DNA from: Elusimicrobia bacterium CG1_02_37_114
GTDB taxonomy: Bacteria; Elusimicrobiota; Endomicrobiia; CG1-02-37-114
Assembly: GCA_001871125.1 (NCBI GenBank)
Contig: MNXB01000105.1
Coordinates: 1 to 63,060 of the forward strand
Length of the DNA stretch: 63,060 nt
Direction: 5' to 3'
Part shown: piece after piece, positions 21,658-34,947 of the stretch
Layout: every line of letters begins with the position of its first letter
Numbering within the stretch: position 1 is the first letter of the stretch
Position numbers and translations under genes: made by a program
The notes under the pieces: model-generated
Told to the model about the DNA's origin: nothing
The model's input: only the letters and a program-made list of their open reading frames with translations
Database searches by the model: none

Positions 21658-21777
21658 TCTCGGTAGTTTTACCGGTGGGGCAACACCTGTTCCCATTCCG
21701 AACACAGCAGTTAAGCCCACCAGGGCCGATGGTACTTGGTGCCAATCCGCACCCGGGAGAGTAGGTTACTACCGGGA
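21658..21777 (+). rRNA. rrf: 5S rRNA
   Basis: cacctgttcccattccgaacacagcagttaag, gccgatggtac, gggagagtagg; terminal stem. Confidence 0.96.
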
Positions 21778-21820
21778 TTATCAAAAATGTTTTCTTGGCG
21801 TAAATTATAAAAGCATTTTT

Positions 21821-21877
21821 GCAAGGCTGAAAGCCTTGCCCTACAAATATTATTGTAGGGCAACCCTTTAGGGTTGC
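21821..21877. repeat. Back-to-back pair of GTAG-type REP palindromes (REPIN-like)
   Basis: Reverse complement of tGTAGggcaaggctttcagccttgc, then aatattat, then tGTAGggcaaccctttagggttgc. Confidence 0.7.
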
Positions 21878-21922
21878 GGATTTCTTGGGGAGTTTTAAAT
21901 ACATAATCAATATTTAATATCT

Positions 21923-22675
21923 TTGTTTTGTATAATCTGCTGTTTCAGTGGTATCCTTTATAGTTCGGAAACCCTGGATACAGCAGAACAGATTTCAAAA
22001 GGGAAATTTCGCACAGTTGTTTATTACACACAGACGAAGGCAAAACCAACCTTTCAGATGGTGGATTTTTCAACGACAACCGGTTGGGGGATAAATAAGG
22101 TTGATGGAGATAGTTCCTTTGGAAACGTAGTCGTTAAACTTGTGTTAAATCCTTTTGATAAATTGAATTGGTGGGCAAGAGCGGGAATGGTATCTGATTA
22201 TAAATTAGGGGTCCCTTCAACCGATACTCCTAAAATTGAATACACAAATATCTCTTCTTATAATGGCTATACTATTGGAGCGGGAGCAAAATATCAGGTT
22301 TTTCCTCAGACAGATTTCAATTGCGGTATTTGTTTGGACTTTGGTGTTGTTTATACTAATTACATTTTTAATAGAAAATATCAGGAAAATATCGGATATT
22401 CTGATTTATCAGGTACTAAATTTGAAGATACTGAATTTCACGCAAAATTTAATCTCAGCAGGAAGATTCGCAAGACAGAGCCTTATGGCGGCGTTAGTAT
22501 TTACAGAAACTGGTATAAATTTGGAAGCAATTCAGGGACAAAAGACAATATAAATGTTTTCGCAGGTTTAAAAGTCAAACTGCGTCAGTTGAAATGGTTA
22601 ATGTGTGAGGCGAATCTGATTGGCGAAACCAGCCTGTCAGCTGGTTTTTGTATGGCTGTGGGTTCACACGAATAA
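21923..22675 (+). CDS. Putative outer-membrane beta-barrel protein (start uncertain)
   Basis: Hydrophobic signal-like N-terminus, alternating aromatic beta-strand pattern (YTIGAGAKY, EPYGGVSIY, LSAGF). Confidence 0.55.
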   Translation: MFCIICCFSGILYSSETLDTAEQISKGKFRTVVYYTQTKAKPTFQMVDFSTTTGWGINKVDGDSSFGNVVVKLVLNPFDKLNWWARAGMVSDYKLGVPSTDTPKIEYTNISSYNGYTIGAGAKYQVFPQTDFNCGICLDFGVVYTNYIFNRKYQENIGYSDLSGTKFEDTEFHAKFNLSRKIRKTEPYGGVSIYRNWYKFGSNSGTKDNINVFAGLKVKLRQLKWLMCEANLIGETSLSAGFCMAVGSHE

Positions 22676-22716
22676 GTGTGAACAAGATCCACAGGACGGC
22701 GAGTCGGTGAGCCGTC
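22656..22716 (+). repeat. Element G, copy 3; its GAATAA loop supplies the ORF stop codon
   Basis: ctgtgg-gttcacac-GAATAA-gtgtgaac-aagat-ccacag-gacggc-GAGTCGGTGA-gccgtc. Confidence 0.85.
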
Positions 22717-22726
22717 GGGGAAAGCT

Positions 22727-23260
22727 ATGGAACAAACAGCTCAAAGAAAATACAAGTATGACTATAACCAGATTGCTAAGGGATTTGAAAGTATATCGGG
22801 TGTGATATTTACAGAATATAGTGGACTAACAGTAGGCGAAATGACAGAACTACGCGGGAAATTAAAAAAGCAGGCAGCTAAATACATTGTTGTAAAGAAT
22901 AGAATCACATCAGCAGTTTTGAAGCAACTTAAAATAACTGATTTGAATGATTTATTTAAAGGGCCCACCGCATTACTTGTTATTAAAGAAAGTATTGAAG
23001 AACCAATAAAGATACTTGTAGATTTTTCAAAAGAGCATGAGAACCTGAAGATAAAAAAAGGACTTTTTTCAGGGAGAATATTTGAACACGATAAAATAGT
23101 TAGTATTGCAAAACTGCCGAATAGAAATGTTTTGATAGCGGAGCTGGCATCATTATTGAAAACAAATTTAGTGAATATTTTAACTGTCTTACAGGCGCCT
23201 ATGAGAGATTTTATTAATGTGTTAGAGCAGATAAAAGTAAAAAAAGAGAAAGGAGAGTGA
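22727..23260 (+). CDS. rplJ: 50S ribosomal protein L10
   Basis: [24 protein letters not shown]; located before rplL. Confidence 0.92.
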   Translation: MEQTAQRKYKYDYNQIAKGFESISGVIFTEYSGLTVGEMTELRGKLKKQAAKYIVVKNRITSAVLKQLKITDLNDLFKGPTALLVIKESIEEPIKILVDFSKEHENLKIKKGLFSGRIFEHDKIVSIAKLPNRNVLIAELASLLKTNLVNILTVLQAPMRDFINVLEQIKVKKEKGE

Positions 23261-23267
23261 GGAAACA

Positions 23268-23669
23268 ATGACAGGTAAAATTGATTCTAAGGAGTCAGTT
23301 GTCGAAACAGTTGCAAATATGAGTGTACTGGAGTTGTCCGAACTTGTCAAAGCACTGGAAGAAAAATTTGGTGTTAAGGCAATGGCCGGTGTATCAATGG
23401 CTGTGGCTGCGGGCGGCACAACTGCATCTCAGTCCCAGGTTGCCCAGTCGGTGGACCAGACCGAGTTTGACGTAATACTGTCAAGCGTTGGACAAAACAA
23501 AATAGCAGTTATTAAGGCGGTACGTGAAATAACGGGACTTGGTTTAAAAGAATCAAAAGATTTGGTTGATTCGGCACCTAAACCTATTAAAGAAGGAATA
23601 GATAAAAACCAGGCAGAAGAGCTTCAGAAGAAACTCACAGAAACTGGCGCAACCGTAGAACTGAAATAG
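23268..23669 (+). CDS. rplL: 50S ribosomal protein L7/L12
   Basis: [37 protein letters not shown]. Confidence 0.98.
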   Translation: MTGKIDSKESVVETVANMSVLELSELVKALEEKFGVKAMAGVSMAVAAGGTTASQSQVAQSVDQTEFDVILSSVGQNKIAVIKAVREITGLGLKESKDLVDSAPKPIKEGIDKNQAEELQKKLTETGATVELK

Positions 23670-23707
23670 TTTTGTTGAATGTTGAGACCTGACCCCAGGA
23701 GAAGAGC

Positions 23708-26700
23708 ATGAAACAAATAAGTTTTGCTAAACTAAAACCGTTAGTTAGTTTACCTGATTTACTTGAGTTACAAAAAAATTCTTTTGAGGATTTCTTACAG
23801 GCAAACGTTGCCCCGAAAGACCGTAAAAAGCAGGGATTGCACCAGGCGTTTCTTGATGTTTTTGGCGATGAATCTAAAGGTGAAGGGTTAGTAACTTCTG
23901 ATGGCAGTTTAACACTGCAGTATCTTTATTATGTTATTGATGAACCCAGACGCACTCCCGATGAAGCAAGGGATAGGGATATGACATACGAATCACAATT
24001 AAAAGTATGGTTCAGGTTTTTACAGAAACTTGAAACAGGCAAAATCAAGGAGTTGGCAGAACAGGAAATTTATCTCTGTGAGTTACCCGTTATGACTGAA
24101 AGCGGTTCGTTTGTCATTAATGGTGCAGAGAGAGTTGTTGTGGCACAGATACACAGATCCCCGGGAGTCATATTTGAAGAAGATGAAGAGAAAAAGGTTT
24201 CACAGTTAGGGAAAAAACTTTATAAGGCAAGTGTTATTCCCTACCGTGGTGCCTGGCTTGATTTTGAATATGATTTAAATAACATTTTATACGTACACAT
24301 TGATAAAAAACGTAAAATACCTGTTACAACGTTATTGCGGGCAATAGGAATTGAATCCAATGAAGAAATTATCAAATTATTCTATACAACGGAAACTTTA
24401 AACAAGAGACAATTTGAACATGCTGAGACAAGAGTCCTTGCAGAAGATGCGGTTGACAGAAAAACAGGCGAAGTTATAAGAGAAACAGGACAGGAAATAC
24501 GCAAAGAACATATTAATATCCTTAAAGAAAAAGTTGAAGAGATAGAAGTTATCAAATTTGACCCCATTCTAAACGACATTACTGTCCTGTATACTTTGCA
24601 GGCTGACCCCGCCAGGACAAGAAAGGAAGCAGTTGATATAATATATAAAATTCTCAGGACAGCTGGATTTATAACACCAGAGATTGCGAAAGATTATCTT
24701 GATAATCTTTTGTTTAAACCAAGGAAATATGGCCTGACAAAAGTTGGTCGTTACAAATTAAATAAAAAACTCGGTAGCATACTCGGGGAATTAGAGGAAA
24801 AGCATAAGGATTTTAATTTTACCGTACCTTCCGAGAAGAAACATACTTTGACTAAAGAAGATATCATCGCCACCATTAAATACATAATTAATCTAAATAA
24901 TGGAGCCGGCGGTGAGATTGATGATATTGACCATTTAGGTAATCGCAGAATACGTGCGGTTGGTGAACTTCTTGAAAATCAGGTACGAATAGGTTTAATC
25001 AATTTAGCAAGATTTACCCGTGACAGGATGAACGCTGCTGATAAGAAATCACTGATCACTCCACGGAATGTAGTTAATCCCACATCTTTGGTTATCTTTA
25101 TAAACAGGTTTTTTGGTACTTCACAATTATCGCAATTTTTGGACCAGACTAATCCACTTGCAGAAATAACGCACAAGAGAAGATTCAGTGCACTTGGACC
25201 CGGTGGACTTCATCGTAAACGTGCAGGGTTTGAGGTACGGGATGTCCATTATACACACTATGGAAGGATATGCCCGATTGAAACACCGGAGGGTCCCAAT
25301 ATTGGTCTTATTACTTCAATGGCATGTTATGCCAGGGTGAATGAATACGGGCTTATTGAAACGCCATATTGTAGAGTAGCCAATGGCAAATTATCCGATA
25401 AAGTTGAATATATGACTGCTGATCGTGAAGATGAATATGTCATTGCCCAGGCTAATACTGAACTTGATAGAAATAATCGCATAGCAAAAAAATCAGTTTC
25501 CTGTATGTATCGGGGAGATGTAAAAGTTGTTGCTCCTCAGAAAGTTGATTTTATGGATATTTCACCCAAACAGGTCGTTTCACTTTCTACAGCTCTTATT
25601 CCTTTTCTGGAACATGATGACGCTAACAGGGCGCTCATGGGTTCAAATATGCAACGTCAGGCAGTCCCTTTGTTTATTACTGAAGAGCCTCTTATTGCCA
25701 CCGGCGTTGAAGAAAAAATTGCAAAGGATTCTTATGCAGTAATAACAGCTCAGCAGTCCGGAGAAGTGGTGTCAGTTACTGCAAATCAAATTGCTGTTTA
25801 TAACGACGACGATAAAGTTGATATCTACAGATTGAAGAAATACATTCGGACCAATCAGGATACCTGTATCAATTTTATTCCAATAGTTAGTAAGGGAGAT
25901 AAAGTAAAAAAAGGGGAAGTTATTGCTGATGGTCCGGGAACATCTAACGGTAAAATAGCTCTCGGCAAAAATGTCCTGGTAGCATTTATGTCCTGGGAAG
26001 GATATAATTTTGAAGATGCAGTAGTAATGAGTGAAAGACTTGTACGTGAGGATATTTTTACTTCTGTTCATATTAAGGTGTTTAGAATTGAAGCGAGGGA
26101 TACTAAAATTGGTCCTGAAGAGATTACACGGGATATTCCTAATGTAGGGGCCGATGATTTACTAAACTTAGATGAAAGTGGTATTGTAAGAATGGGTGCT
26201 GAGGTGGGTCCTGGAGATATATTGGTGGGTAAAACCGCACCTAAAGGCGAACAGCAGGTAACAATGGAGGAAAGATTACTTAAAGCGATATTCGGTAAAA
26301 AGGCAGAAGATGTTGTTGATGAATCATTGCGTGTTCCACCGGGTGTCAGGGGTAAGGTTATAGGTATAGAAATATCTGTACGCTGGGAGAAAATGACCAG
26401 AAAAAACGAGGCGAAGCGATTGGAAGAAATTAATGCTACGTTCAAAAATTTAGCTAAAGATTTGAAAGAGAAATCTCAAAATGCAGTTAGCCAGAAACAG
26501 GATAAGGAAGAACGGGAAAAAATAAAAAAATACTACGCACAGAAAGAGAAGGAATTGGAAGAAAAGAAAAAAAAGGAGCAGAAGCAGATTGAACGCGGAG
26601 ACGAATTGCCTATTACCGTGAATAAAGTTGTCAAAGTTTATATATCAGCCAGACGAAAAATACAGGTTGGTGATAAAATTGCCGGTCGCCATGGCAACAA

Positions 26701-27469
26701 AGGTGTTGTAGGGAAAATACTTCCTGTTGAAGATATGCCTTACCTACCTGACGGCACTCCTGTTGATATGATTCTTTCACCGTTATCCGTTCCTTCCAGA
26801 ATGAACGTTGGCCAACTTATGGAAACCATGCTTGGTTGGGCAGCAAAGTTTTTAAACGTATCAATGATATGTCCTGTTTTTGAAAGTGCTACTGAAGAAG
26901 AAATTATAGAAAAAGTTCGTGAAGCAAAGACATTCCTGCGATCAAAAGAAGTTCCTGAGAAATACCTGCCTACGGATGACTGTCGCATAACACTTTATGA
27001 CGGACGAACCGGCGAACCATTTATGGAAAAAATCACAATTGGATATATGTATATGATGAAATTAGGACATTTAGTTGAGGACAAAATACATGCAAGGTCC
27101 ACGGGCCCGTATTCACTTATTACAAGACAACCTTTAGGCGGCAAAGCCCAGTTCGGAGGGCAGAGATTAGGCGAGATGGAGGTATGGGCATTAGAGGGAT
27201 ACGGGGCTGCACATACACTGCAGGAATTCCTTACCGTAAAAAGCGATGATGTTATAGGCAGGACCAGAGTTTATGAATCAATAATTAAGGGAGAAGTATT
27301 TTCTGAGACGGGAGTACCCGAGTCTTTTATAGTACTGGTAAGAGAACTGCAGGGATTAGGTTTGAATATAGAATTGTTACATAGTAGCAGAGGTGATAAA
27401 GAAATAAGAGAAGTTAAAGAATCCAGGCCAGAACCTGTAAAGGCAAGCGTCCCCATTAAAACATTATGA
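23708..27469 (+). CDS. rpoB: RNA polymerase beta subunit
   Basis: [45 protein letters not shown]. Confidence 0.99.
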   Translation: MKQISFAKLKPLVSLPDLLELQKNSFEDFLQANVAPKDRKKQGLHQAFLDVFGDESKGEGLVTSDGSLTLQYLYYVIDEPRRTPDEARDRDMTYESQLKVWFRFLQKLETGKIKELAEQEIYLCELPVMTESGSFVINGAERVVVAQIHRSPGVIFEEDEEKKVSQLGKKLYKASVIPYRGAWLDFEYDLNNILYVHIDKKRKIPVTTLLRAIGIESNEEIIKLFYTTETLNKRQFEHAETRVLAEDAVDRKTGEVIRETGQEIRKEHINILKEKVEEIEVIKFDPILNDITVLYTLQADPARTRKEAVDIIYKILRTAGFITPEIAKDYLDNLLFKPRKYGLTKVGRYKLNKKLGSILGELEEKHKDFNFTVPSEKKHTLTKEDIIATIKYIINLNNGAGGEIDDIDHLGNRRIRAVGELLENQVRIGLINLARFTRDRMNAADKKSLITPRNVVNPTSLVIFINRFFGTSQLSQFLDQTNPLAEITHKRRFSALGPGGLHRKRAGFEVRDVHYTHYGRICPIETPEGPNIGLITSMACYARVNEYGLIETPYCRVANGKLSDKVEYMTADREDEYVIAQANTELDRNNRIAKKSVSCMYRGDVKVVAPQKVDFMDISPKQVVSLSTALIPFLEHDDANRALMGSNMQRQAVPLFITEEPLIATGVEEKIAKDSYAVITAQQSGEVVSVTANQIAVYNDDDKVDIYRLKKYIRTNQDTCINFIPIVSKGDKVKKGEVIADGPGTSNGKIALGKNVLVAFMSWEGYNFEDAVVMSERLVREDIFTSVHIKVFRIEARDTKIGPEEITRDIPNVGADDLLNLDESGIVRMGAEVGPGDILVGKTAPKGEQQVTMEERLLKAIFGKKAEDVVDESLRVPPGVRGKVIGIEISVRWEKMTRKNEAKRLEEINATFKNLAKDLKEKSQNAVSQKQDKEEREKIKKYYAQKEKELEEKKKKEQKQIERGDELPITVNKVVKVYISARRKIQVGDKIAGRHGNKGVVGKILPVEDMPYLPDGTPVDMILSPLSVPSRMNVGQLMETMLGWAAKFLNVSMICPVFESATEEEIIEKVREAKTFLRSKEVPEKYLPTDDCRITLYDGRTGEPFMEKITIGYMYMMKLGHLVEDKIHARSTGPYSLITRQPLGGKAQFGGQRLGEMEVWALEGYGAAHTLQEFLTVKSDDVIGRTRVYESIIKGEVFSETGVPESFIVLVRELQGLGLNIELLHSSRGDKEIREVKESRPEPVKASVPIKTL

Positions 27470-30400
27470 TGAGATCAACTTTCATAAGTCTGAAGAAGAA
27501 AAAAGTTTCTTCGGAACTTAATTTTTTTGATTTTGATGCTATTCATATAACCATAGCATCACCCGAGAAGATGCATTCCTGGTCATACGGTGAAGTAAAA
27601 AAACCCGAAACAATTAATTACCGGACGTTTAAGCCTGAACGGGACGGACTTTTCTGTGAACGTATATTCGGACCTACCAGAGACTGGGAATGTAATTGCG
27701 GTAAATATAAATTTGTCAAACATAAGGGTGTAGTATGTGACCGCTGTGGCGTTGAAGTAACGGAATCAAAAGTCCGACGTGAACGCATGGGGCATATTGA
27801 ATTGACAATACCGATTGCACACATATGGTACTTAAGGAAGCAGCCTTCCAGAATTGGTATGATGTTAGAAATGCCGCTGATTGACATTGAGAGAGTGACG
27901 TACTATCTAAAGTATATAGTACTTGAAGATTTAAAAGACATTGATGGCGAGGTTATATTAAAAGAGAAAAGGCTGCTTAGTTTGGAAGAGCATTATAAGT
28001 ATAAAGAAGAGTACAAGGATAAATTGAAGACTGATATAGGTGCAAATGCAATCCGTAGATTACTTGAAAAAATAGATTTACAGAATGAATTGAAAAGAAT
28101 TGAAACACAGTTAAAGAAAACAGAATCGGATCTGGAAAGGAGTAAGTTAACACGCAGGGTGCGTCTCGTAGAAGGATTTATTGAATCAAAAACAAGACCT
28201 GAATGGATGATAATGACTGTCCTGCCCGTCATCCCACCGGACTTGCGTCCTTTAGTACCTCTTGAAGGCGGGAGGTTCGCTACAAGCGATCTCAACGACC
28301 TATACCGACGAATAATAAATCGCAACAACCGACTTAAACATATTCGCTCACTTAAAGCGCCTGAGATAATGATAAATAATGAAAAGCGCCTGCTCCAGGA
28401 AGCTGTTGATTCTTTGATAGAAAACGGGGCACGCTCTGCTCCTGTCACAGGTACGGGTGGCAGACCCCTTAAATCTTTTTCTGATATATTGAAGGGAAAA
28501 CAGGGACGATTCAGACAGAATCTCTTAGGTAAACGCGTGGATTATTCGGGTAGAAGCGTTATTGTTTCTGGACCCACTCTAAAACTGCACCAATGCGGTA
28601 TACCAAAGGAAATGGCTGTTGAACTTTTTAAGCCGTTCATTATACATGAACTTATAAAACGTGAAAACGTTACTCTTAAAGCTGCCAAGAGAATGTTTGA
28701 AAAAAACAGACCGGAAATATGGAACATACTTGAAGAAATTACAAAAAGACATCCTGTCCTGCTGAATCGTGCCCCGACATTGCATAGAATAGGTATCCAG
28801 GCTTTTGAACCGGTGCTTGTTGAAGGGAAATCAATACAACTGCATCCTTTAACATGCGCTGCCTTCAATGCAGATTTTGATGGCGACCAGATGGCTGTCC
28901 ATGTACCGCTTTCCCCGCAGGCACAACTTGAATGCCGGGTACTTATGTATGCACCTAACAATATACTTTCCCCTGCCAGTGGCAAACCTGTAGCAATTGC
29001 AAGTCAGGACATGGTTTTAGGTTGTGCATATCTTACAACTCCCAAGAAAGGCGAAAGAGGCGAAGGGAGAATATTTTCTTCACCCGAAGAAGTTGTCTCT
29101 GCCTATAATTTAAGCGATCTGGCATTACATTCAAAAATAAAAGTTCAAAACATAAACCAGCTGCGATTACCCGGTATGAAAAATACTGAATTATTTGATG
29201 TGGAGAAATGGGGAAATGATTATACCACCTGCGGCCGGGTAATATTTAATGAAATTCTAACCGAAGAATTGAAACGTCTTTACGATGAAGATGACCCCTA
29301 CGCAACATATAAGATAACCATAGACAAAAAACAATTAACAAAGCTTGTTGAATTGTGTTTCCATAAACTCGGTCAATCTAAAACCGTTGCTCTCTTAGAT
29401 GACCTGAAGAAGTTAGGTTATAAATATGCGACGATATCAGGAGTATCCATTTCTGTATCCGATATGCATATTCCAGAGGAAAAAGAGAAATTAGTAAAAA
29501 GAGCGAAGGAGCAGGTTGGAGAGATAGAGGCTCAATTTCAGCAGAGCTTGATTAGTGATACGGAAAGATACAATAAAATTATTGATATATGGACCCACGA
29601 AACAGATAGAATTGCTGATTTGATGTTTGAAAAAATGAAAAAAGAACAGGATCTGCCCTACGTTCCCGATAGAATTCGTTTCAATCCGGTATATATGATG
29701 GCAAATTCCGGAGCAAGAGGTAATCGGGATCAGGTCCGACAGCTTGCGGGTATGCGGGGTCTTATGGCCCGGCCACAGAGGAAAATGACGGGGCAGGTTG
29801 GAGAGATTATTGAATCACCGGTTATATCAAATTTCCGCGAGGGGTTATCCGTCCTGGAGTATTTTATATCCACCCACGGTGGACGCAAAGGTATTGCAGA
29901 TACTGCGCTTAAGACTTCCGATGCGGGTTATCTGACGAGAAGGCTTGTTGATGCAGCACATAATGTTGTTGTGACCGAAGAAGATTGTGGCACAATTAAT
30001 GGAATAAAAATCGGTGCCCTGCAGAGCGGGGAGGAAATGATTGAATCCTTCAAGGAACGTATAGTTGGCAGGGTTGCACTTGATAATATTGTGTGGGTTT
30101 TAACAACAGAAAACGGTGAACCCAAAGAGGAAATAATAGTAAAAGAAGATGAACTGATTACACCCGAAAAATCCGATAAAATTATCCAGGCAGGTATTGA
30201 GCAAATCCGTATAAGGTCAACCTTAACCTGTGAATCAAAGATTGGTGTATGCGCGAAATGTTATGGACTTGGTCTTGCAACAGGCAAACTTGTTGAAGTA
30301 GGTGAAGCAGTAGGAATAATCGGAGCACAGTCAATTGGTGAACCGGGGACCCAGCTCACACTCAGGACCTTTCATATAGGCGGTACAGCGAGCAGGGTTG

Positions 30401-31686
30401 TCCGTCAGTCACAAATTTTTTCCCAGAGACCATCAGTCGTTAAATTCCATAATTTAAAAGCGGTCCGGGATAAATCCGGCGACTATGTGGTAATGACACG
30501 CAATAGCGAAGTTATTTTCATGGAATCCGATACTAAACAGCGTGATTCATACAAACTTCCCTATGGAGCAAAACTAAAAGTAAGAAATAATGCTGAAGTC
30601 AAAGCCAATGAACTTGTTGTTGAGTGGGATCCATACTATCTGCCTATTGTCACCGAATATGAAGGCACGGTTAAATTTGAAGATATTATTGAAGGTAAAA
30701 CAATGCGGAAGGAAAAAAGTAAAGTTATGGGATTGGAAGAAAGAATGATGATTGAACATCGTGGTGAAAAACTCCGTCCCCAGGTTGTCATAGTTAATAA
30801 AGAAGGTAAACGGATTGCAATGTATCCTCTTCCTGTAGATACTCTCCTTTCAGTGGATGAAGGAGATAAATTACATGCGGGCGATACCCTGGCAAGGATT
30901 CCTCAGGAAGTCCTTAAGAGCAAAGACATAACGGGCGGATTACCGCGGGTGGCAGAACTATTTGAAGCCCGACACCCGCACAATGCAGCTATTATATCAG
31001 AAATTGACGGTGTTATTAAACTTGGCATCACATCAAAGGGTTCACCTAAAGTAACCGTAATGGATGAACAATCCGGCATGACAAGAGAATATATTATTCC
31101 GACAGGACGGCATTTAGTTGTCTATGAAGGAGATAAAGTAGGGGCGGGTGAACCGCTGACAGACGGAGCTATAGACCCACACGATATTCTCAAAGTGAGG
31201 GGTGCCAAGGAAGTACAGGAGTTTCTTGTTAATGAAATCCAGCAGGTTTACCGACTCCAGGGTGTTATAATAAATGACAAACATATAGAAATAATAGTTC
31301 GGCAGATGCTCTCAAATGTCCGAATCATAAATCCCGGCGGCAGCAAGTTTCTGTATGGTGAAATCATACCCAAGAGATGTTATGACGAAGAAAGAAGGAA
31401 AACAGAACAGTTAAGAAAAAAAATTATGAAGGATAAAGGACGTGAAGAAGCAAATAAAATTAAAGCACCTGAAATCCAGCCGGTATTGCTTGGAATCACC
31501 AAGGCCTCGCTCTCCAGCGAATCATTTATTTCAGCTGCGAGTTTTCAGGAGACAACACGCATATTAACCGAAGCCGCCACTATGGGACAGACAGACTATT
31601 TAGAGGGATTAAAAGAAAATGTTATAATCGGGCATTTAATACCAGCAGGTACAGGAATCAAACAAATAAGGGGGGACGCTACTTGA
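27466..31686 (+). CDS. rpoC: RNA polymerase beta' subunit
   Basis: [37 protein letters not shown]. Confidence 0.99.
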   Translation: MMRSTFISLKKKKVSSELNFFDFDAIHITIASPEKMHSWSYGEVKKPETINYRTFKPERDGLFCERIFGPTRDWECNCGKYKFVKHKGVVCDRCGVEVTESKVRRERMGHIELTIPIAHIWYLRKQPSRIGMMLEMPLIDIERVTYYLKYIVLEDLKDIDGEVILKEKRLLSLEEHYKYKEEYKDKLKTDIGANAIRRLLEKIDLQNELKRIETQLKKTESDLERSKLTRRVRLVEGFIESKTRPEWMIMTVLPVIPPDLRPLVPLEGGRFATSDLNDLYRRIINRNNRLKHIRSLKAPEIMINNEKRLLQEAVDSLIENGARSAPVTGTGGRPLKSFSDILKGKQGRFRQNLLGKRVDYSGRSVIVSGPTLKLHQCGIPKEMAVELFKPFIIHELIKRENVTLKAAKRMFEKNRPEIWNILEEITKRHPVLLNRAPTLHRIGIQAFEPVLVEGKSIQLHPLTCAAFNADFDGDQMAVHVPLSPQAQLECRVLMYAPNNILSPASGKPVAIASQDMVLGCAYLTTPKKGERGEGRIFSSPEEVVSAYNLSDLALHSKIKVQNINQLRLPGMKNTELFDVEKWGNDYTTCGRVIFNEILTEELKRLYDEDDPYATYKITIDKKQLTKLVELCFHKLGQSKTVALLDDLKKLGYKYATISGVSISVSDMHIPEEKEKLVKRAKEQVGEIEAQFQQSLISDTERYNKIIDIWTHETDRIADLMFEKMKKEQDLPYVPDRIRFNPVYMMANSGARGNRDQVRQLAGMRGLMARPQRKMTGQVGEIIESPVISNFREGLSVLEYFISTHGGRKGIADTALKTSDAGYLTRRLVDAAHNVVVTEEDCGTINGIKIGALQSGEEMIESFKERIVGRVALDNIVWVLTTENGEPKEEIIVKEDELITPEKSDKIIQAGIEQIRIRSTLTCESKIGVCAKCYGLGLATGKLVEVGEAVGIIGAQSIGEPGTQLTLRTFHIGGTASRVVRQSQIFSQRPSVVKFHNLKAVRDKSGDYVVMTRNSEVIFMESDTKQRDSYKLPYGAKLKVRNNAEVKANELVVEWDPYYLPIVTEYEGTVKFEDIIEGKTMRKEKSKVMGLEERMMIEHRGEKLRPQVVIVNKEGKRIAMYPLPVDTLLSVDEGDKLHAGDTLARIPQEVLKSKDITGGLPRVAELFEARHPHNAAIISEIDGVIKLGITSKGSPKVTVMDEQSGMTREYIIPTGRHLVVYEGDKVGAGEPLTDGAIDPHDILKVRGAKEVQEFLVNEIQQVYRLQGVIINDKHIEIIVRQMLSNVRIINPGGSKFLYGEIIPKRCYDEERRKTEQLRKKIMKDKGREEANKIKAPEIQPVLLGITKASLSSESFISAASFQETTRILTEAATMGQTDYLEGLKENVIIGHLIPAGTGIKQIRGDAT

Positions 31687-31782
31687 ATTTTGCTACTTTT
31701 TCACAAATGAAATGAATTCAAGATAATCGTCCGAATTCGGACGCTACAGTAGTAAAAAGTAGCAAAATTCAAGTAGCGTCCC
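31673..31782. mobile_element. MITE-like element D, copy 1, with perfect 29-bp TIRs
   Basis: gggacgctacttgaattttgctacttttt ... aaaaagtagcaaaattcaagtagcgtccc. Confidence 0.85.
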
Positions 31783-31796
31783 TATTAAGAGACAAT

Positions 31797-32183
31797 ATGC
31801 CAACAGTAAATCAACTTATAAGGTCTATTCGACAGAAAATCAGAGGAAAAACTAAATCACCCGCACTTACGGGATGTCCTCAGCGCAGAGGTGTGTGTAC
31901 CCGTGTCTACACGACTACACCAAAGAAACCTAACTCTGCACTTCGTAAGGTTGCACGGGTGAAATTGACTACGGGCATTGAAGTTACGGCATATATTCCT
32001 GGTGTAGGACATAATTTACAGGAACATTCAATTGTGTTGGTTCGCGGTGGCAGAATAAAAGATTTGCCGGGTGTGAGGTATCATATTATAAGGGGTAGTT
32101 TAGATGCTACGGGTGTTGAGGGAAGAAAGCAGGGACGTTCAAAATACGGTGCAAAACTGGTTAAAACAGCAGCACCAGCTTAA
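31797..32183 (+). CDS. rpsL: 30S ribosomal protein S12
   Basis: [25 protein letters not shown]. Confidence 0.99.
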   Translation: MPTVNQLIRSIRQKIRGKTKSPALTGCPQRRGVCTRVYTTTPKKPNSALRKVARVKLTTGIEVTAYIPGVGHNLQEHSIVLVRGGRIKDLPGVRYHIIRGSLDATGVEGRKQGRSKYGAKLVKTAAPA

Positions 32184-32253
32184 CTCCAGGGTAAAATCCT
32201 GAAGGATAAAACCCTAAAGGGTAAATTCCAGGAATTAAGGGTTTACCCTTTTA
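32181..32253 (-). repeat. Family B copy in reverse orientation
   Basis: Reverse complement of the 4780 modules. Confidence 0.85.
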
Positions 32254-32274
32254 CTTCAAGAAAGGTAAGGTAAA

Positions 32275-32754
32275 ATGGCAAGAAAACCATTAAGACCAAG
32301 ACAGCGAAGAGAAAAAACCGCACCTGATTATAAATATAACAATATATCGGTGAACAGGTTCATCAATAAAATTAACTACAAAGGCAAAAAAACTGTTGCT
32401 GAAAAAATTTTATATGGTGCATTTGATATAATCAGGGAGAAGACCAAGCAAGAACCGTTAGAAGTTTTTACTAAGGCGATGGAAAACGCAAGACCGCTTG
32501 TCGTTGTGAAAGCTCGACGGATTGGCGGAGCTACTTATCAGGTGCCTGTGGAAATGTCCCGAACACGGGGTGAAACAATAGGAATGAGATGGATTATTAA
32601 TTCCGCACGGGAAAGAAAAGGTCTTCCAATGAAAATCAAACTTGCCGAGGAACTGATGTCAGCCTACAAAAAAGAAGGTTCGGCAGTAAAGAAAAAGGAA
32701 GATACTCACAAAATGGCTGATGCAAACAAGTCCTTTGCACATTACAGGTGGTAA
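32275..32754 (+). CDS. rpsG: 30S ribosomal protein S7
   Basis: RRIGGATYQVPVE, KKKEDTHKMADANKSFAHYRW. Confidence 0.99.
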   Translation: MARKPLRPRQRREKTAPDYKYNNISVNRFINKINYKGKKTVAEKILYGAFDIIREKTKQEPLEVFTKAMENARPLVVVKARRIGGATYQVPVEMSRTRGETIGMRWIINSARERKGLPMKIKLAEELMSAYKKEGSAVKKKEDTHKMADANKSFAHYRW

Positions 32755-32841
32755 ACGGTAGTCCCGAGTAATTCGGGACATGTCACCGTTTACCCCCAGC
32801 GATTAGTTTTCAAACTTGTCCTGTTTGAAAACTGCGAGGGG
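32752..32841 (+). repeat. Bipartite element H, copy 2
   Basis: taaacggt..accgttta-cccccagcgattag-[hairpin]-ctgcgagggg. Confidence 0.7.
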
Positions 32842-32854
32842 TTAGTTAAAGTTT

Positions 32855-34933
32855 ATGACAGAAAAAATTTTATTAGATAAAATTCGTAATATAGGTTTTG
32901 TAGCGCATATTGATGCTGGTAAAACCACTACGACCGAGCGTGTCCTTTTCTATACAGGACGTATACGCAAACTCGGAGAAGTGGATGAAGGTACTACTGT
33001 GATGGATTGGATGGCTCAGGAGAGAGAAAGAGGCATCACCATAACTTCCGCTGCCACCTCCTGCGTATGGGAAGGATATGACATAAATATAATTGATACG
33101 CCCGGTCATGTGGATTTTACCGTTGAGGTTGAAAGAGCACTGCGCGTGCTTGACGGGTGTGTCGTGATTCTTGATGGAGTTGGCGGGGTTGAACCACAAT
33201 CAGAAACCGTATGGCATCAGGCAGACAGGTATAAAGTCCCGAGAATGATTTTTGTAAATAAGATGGATAGAGTAGGTGCGGATTTTAATATGGTTATTGA
33301 ACATATTAAAAAGCGTCTATATGCTGTTCCTTTAGTTTTGCAAATACCCTGTTTCAGGCAGGACGAATTCGCTGGAATGATTGACATAGTCCAGATGAAA
33401 CCCTACCTGTGGCAGGACAAAGAGGGGAAAGAGTATACTGTATGTGGATTTCAAGGTGAGGAAGAAAAAGAAGCAAAAAAGTATCATGAAAAACTTATGG
33501 AGCAGTTATCGGAAACCGATGACCATTTTCTGGATAAATTTGTTCACCACAGGGAGATAACTATTGAGGAAATAAAAAAAATTATACGCAAGGCAACCGT
33601 ATCAGGCAAATTTTTTCCTGTTTTCTGCGGTTCATCATTGAAAAACAAAGGCGTTCAGCTTTTACTAAACGGTATTATTGATTATTTACCTTCGCCGGAG
33701 GACGTTTCCAAGATAAAAAAGTCCGAACATTTTTCTGCACTTGCGTTTAAAATCCAGGTTGATTCTTATGTGGGTAAATTGACATATATCCGTGTGTATT
33801 CAGGAAAAATAAGCCCCGGTATGAGCGTTTATAATTCACGAACATCTAAAACTGAACGTATAATGAAGATATTAAAAATGCATGCCAATCATCGCGAGGA
33901 AATACAGGAAACATCTACGGGAGATATCGTCGGTCTTATTGGATTGAAGGAAACAAGGACGGGCGATACATTATGCGAAAAGAAACATCCGGTGGTTCTG
34001 GAATCAATACACATACCTGAACCCGTAGTATGGATTTCAATTGAGCCGAAAACAAAAAAAGACCAGGAAAAACTTTCGTACGCACTGAGCAGGATGCGTG
34101 AGGAAGACCCGACCTTCAGAGTTAAAATTGATGAAGAAACGGCTCAGATGATAATATCCGGTATGGGCGAATTACATTTAGAAATCATAATTGACAGGAT
34201 GCATCGCGAGTTCGGGGTGGAGGCTCATATCGGCAGGCCTCAGGTAGCTTATCGTGAAGCAATAACGAAACATGTTGCAGTAGAGGGAAAATACATAAAA
34301 CAATCAGGCGGTCATGGACAGTATGGCCATGTAGAACTTGAAATTGAACCTATAAATGAGGGGTTTGAGTTTATTAATGAAGTAAAAAGAGGAGAAATAC
34401 CGAGAGAATATATCCCGGCAATAGAAAAGGGAGCAAAAGAAGCAGTTGAGTCGGGTCCTATTTCGGGATATCCGTTAATCAATCTACGGATAAGACTTAT
34501 TAGCGGTTCATATCATGAAGTAGATTCTTCTGATATAGCATTCAAACTTGCCACCATACAAGCCGTGAGAGATGGCACAAGGAAGGCTGATGCGGTATTA
34601 CTAGAACCTATAATGAAAATTGAAATTACTGTGTATGAAGAGTCCCTGGGTGATGTTTTATCTGACATAAATGCACGACGGGGCAAGGTTTTATCCTTAG
34701 AGTCAAGGGAGATACCTCTAACAGATGGCGGACACTTAAGCGACCAGTCAAGTGACAGGCATAACAGGCTGCACTATGTTAAAGGAATGGTGCCCCTGGC
34801 TGAGATGTTTGGTTATACAACCTCACTTCGCTCACTAACCCAGGGCCGTGCAACTTATACAATGGAATTATCACATTATGATAAAGTACCAAGAACTGTT
34901 GCTGAAAAATTATTACCAGCAGTACTTGTGTAA
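32855..34933 (+). CDS. fusA: Elongation factor G
   Basis: [34 protein letters not shown]; located in the str operon. Confidence 0.97.
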   Translation: MTEKILLDKIRNIGFVAHIDAGKTTTTERVLFYTGRIRKLGEVDEGTTVMDWMAQERERGITITSAATSCVWEGYDINIIDTPGHVDFTVEVERALRVLDGCVVILDGVGGVEPQSETVWHQADRYKVPRMIFVNKMDRVGADFNMVIEHIKKRLYAVPLVLQIPCFRQDEFAGMIDIVQMKPYLWQDKEGKEYTVCGFQGEEEKEAKKYHEKLMEQLSETDDHFLDKFVHHREITIEEIKKIIRKATVSGKFFPVFCGSSLKNKGVQLLLNGIIDYLPSPEDVSKIKKSEHFSALAFKIQVDSYVGKLTYIRVYSGKISPGMSVYNSRTSKTERIMKILKMHANHREEIQETSTGDIVGLIGLKETRTGDTLCEKKHPVVLESIHIPEPVVWISIEPKTKKDQEKLSYALSRMREEDPTFRVKIDEETAQMIISGMGELHLEIIIDRMHREFGVEAHIGRPQVAYREAITKHVAVEGKYIKQSGGHGQYGHVELEIEPINEGFEFINEVKRGEIPREYIPAIEKGAKEAVESGPISGYPLINLRIRLISGSYHEVDSSDIAFKLATIQAVRDGTRKADAVLLEPIMKIEITVYEESLGDVLSDINARRGKVLSLESREIPLTDGGHLSDQSSDRHNRLHYVKGMVPLAEMFGYTTSLRSLTQGRATYTMELSHYDKVPRTVAEKLLPAVLV

Positions 34934-34947
34934 TGGAGGTAAAAAAT

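Noticed and set aside
22236-22553. 105-aa alternative-frame ORF
   Set aside because: It lies entirely within the longer barrel-like ORF and has no motif.
23708-31686. Lineage-specific inserts in RpoB and RpoC as possible inteins
   Set aside because: No intein C/S..HN termini; they resemble known beta/beta' sequence insertions.
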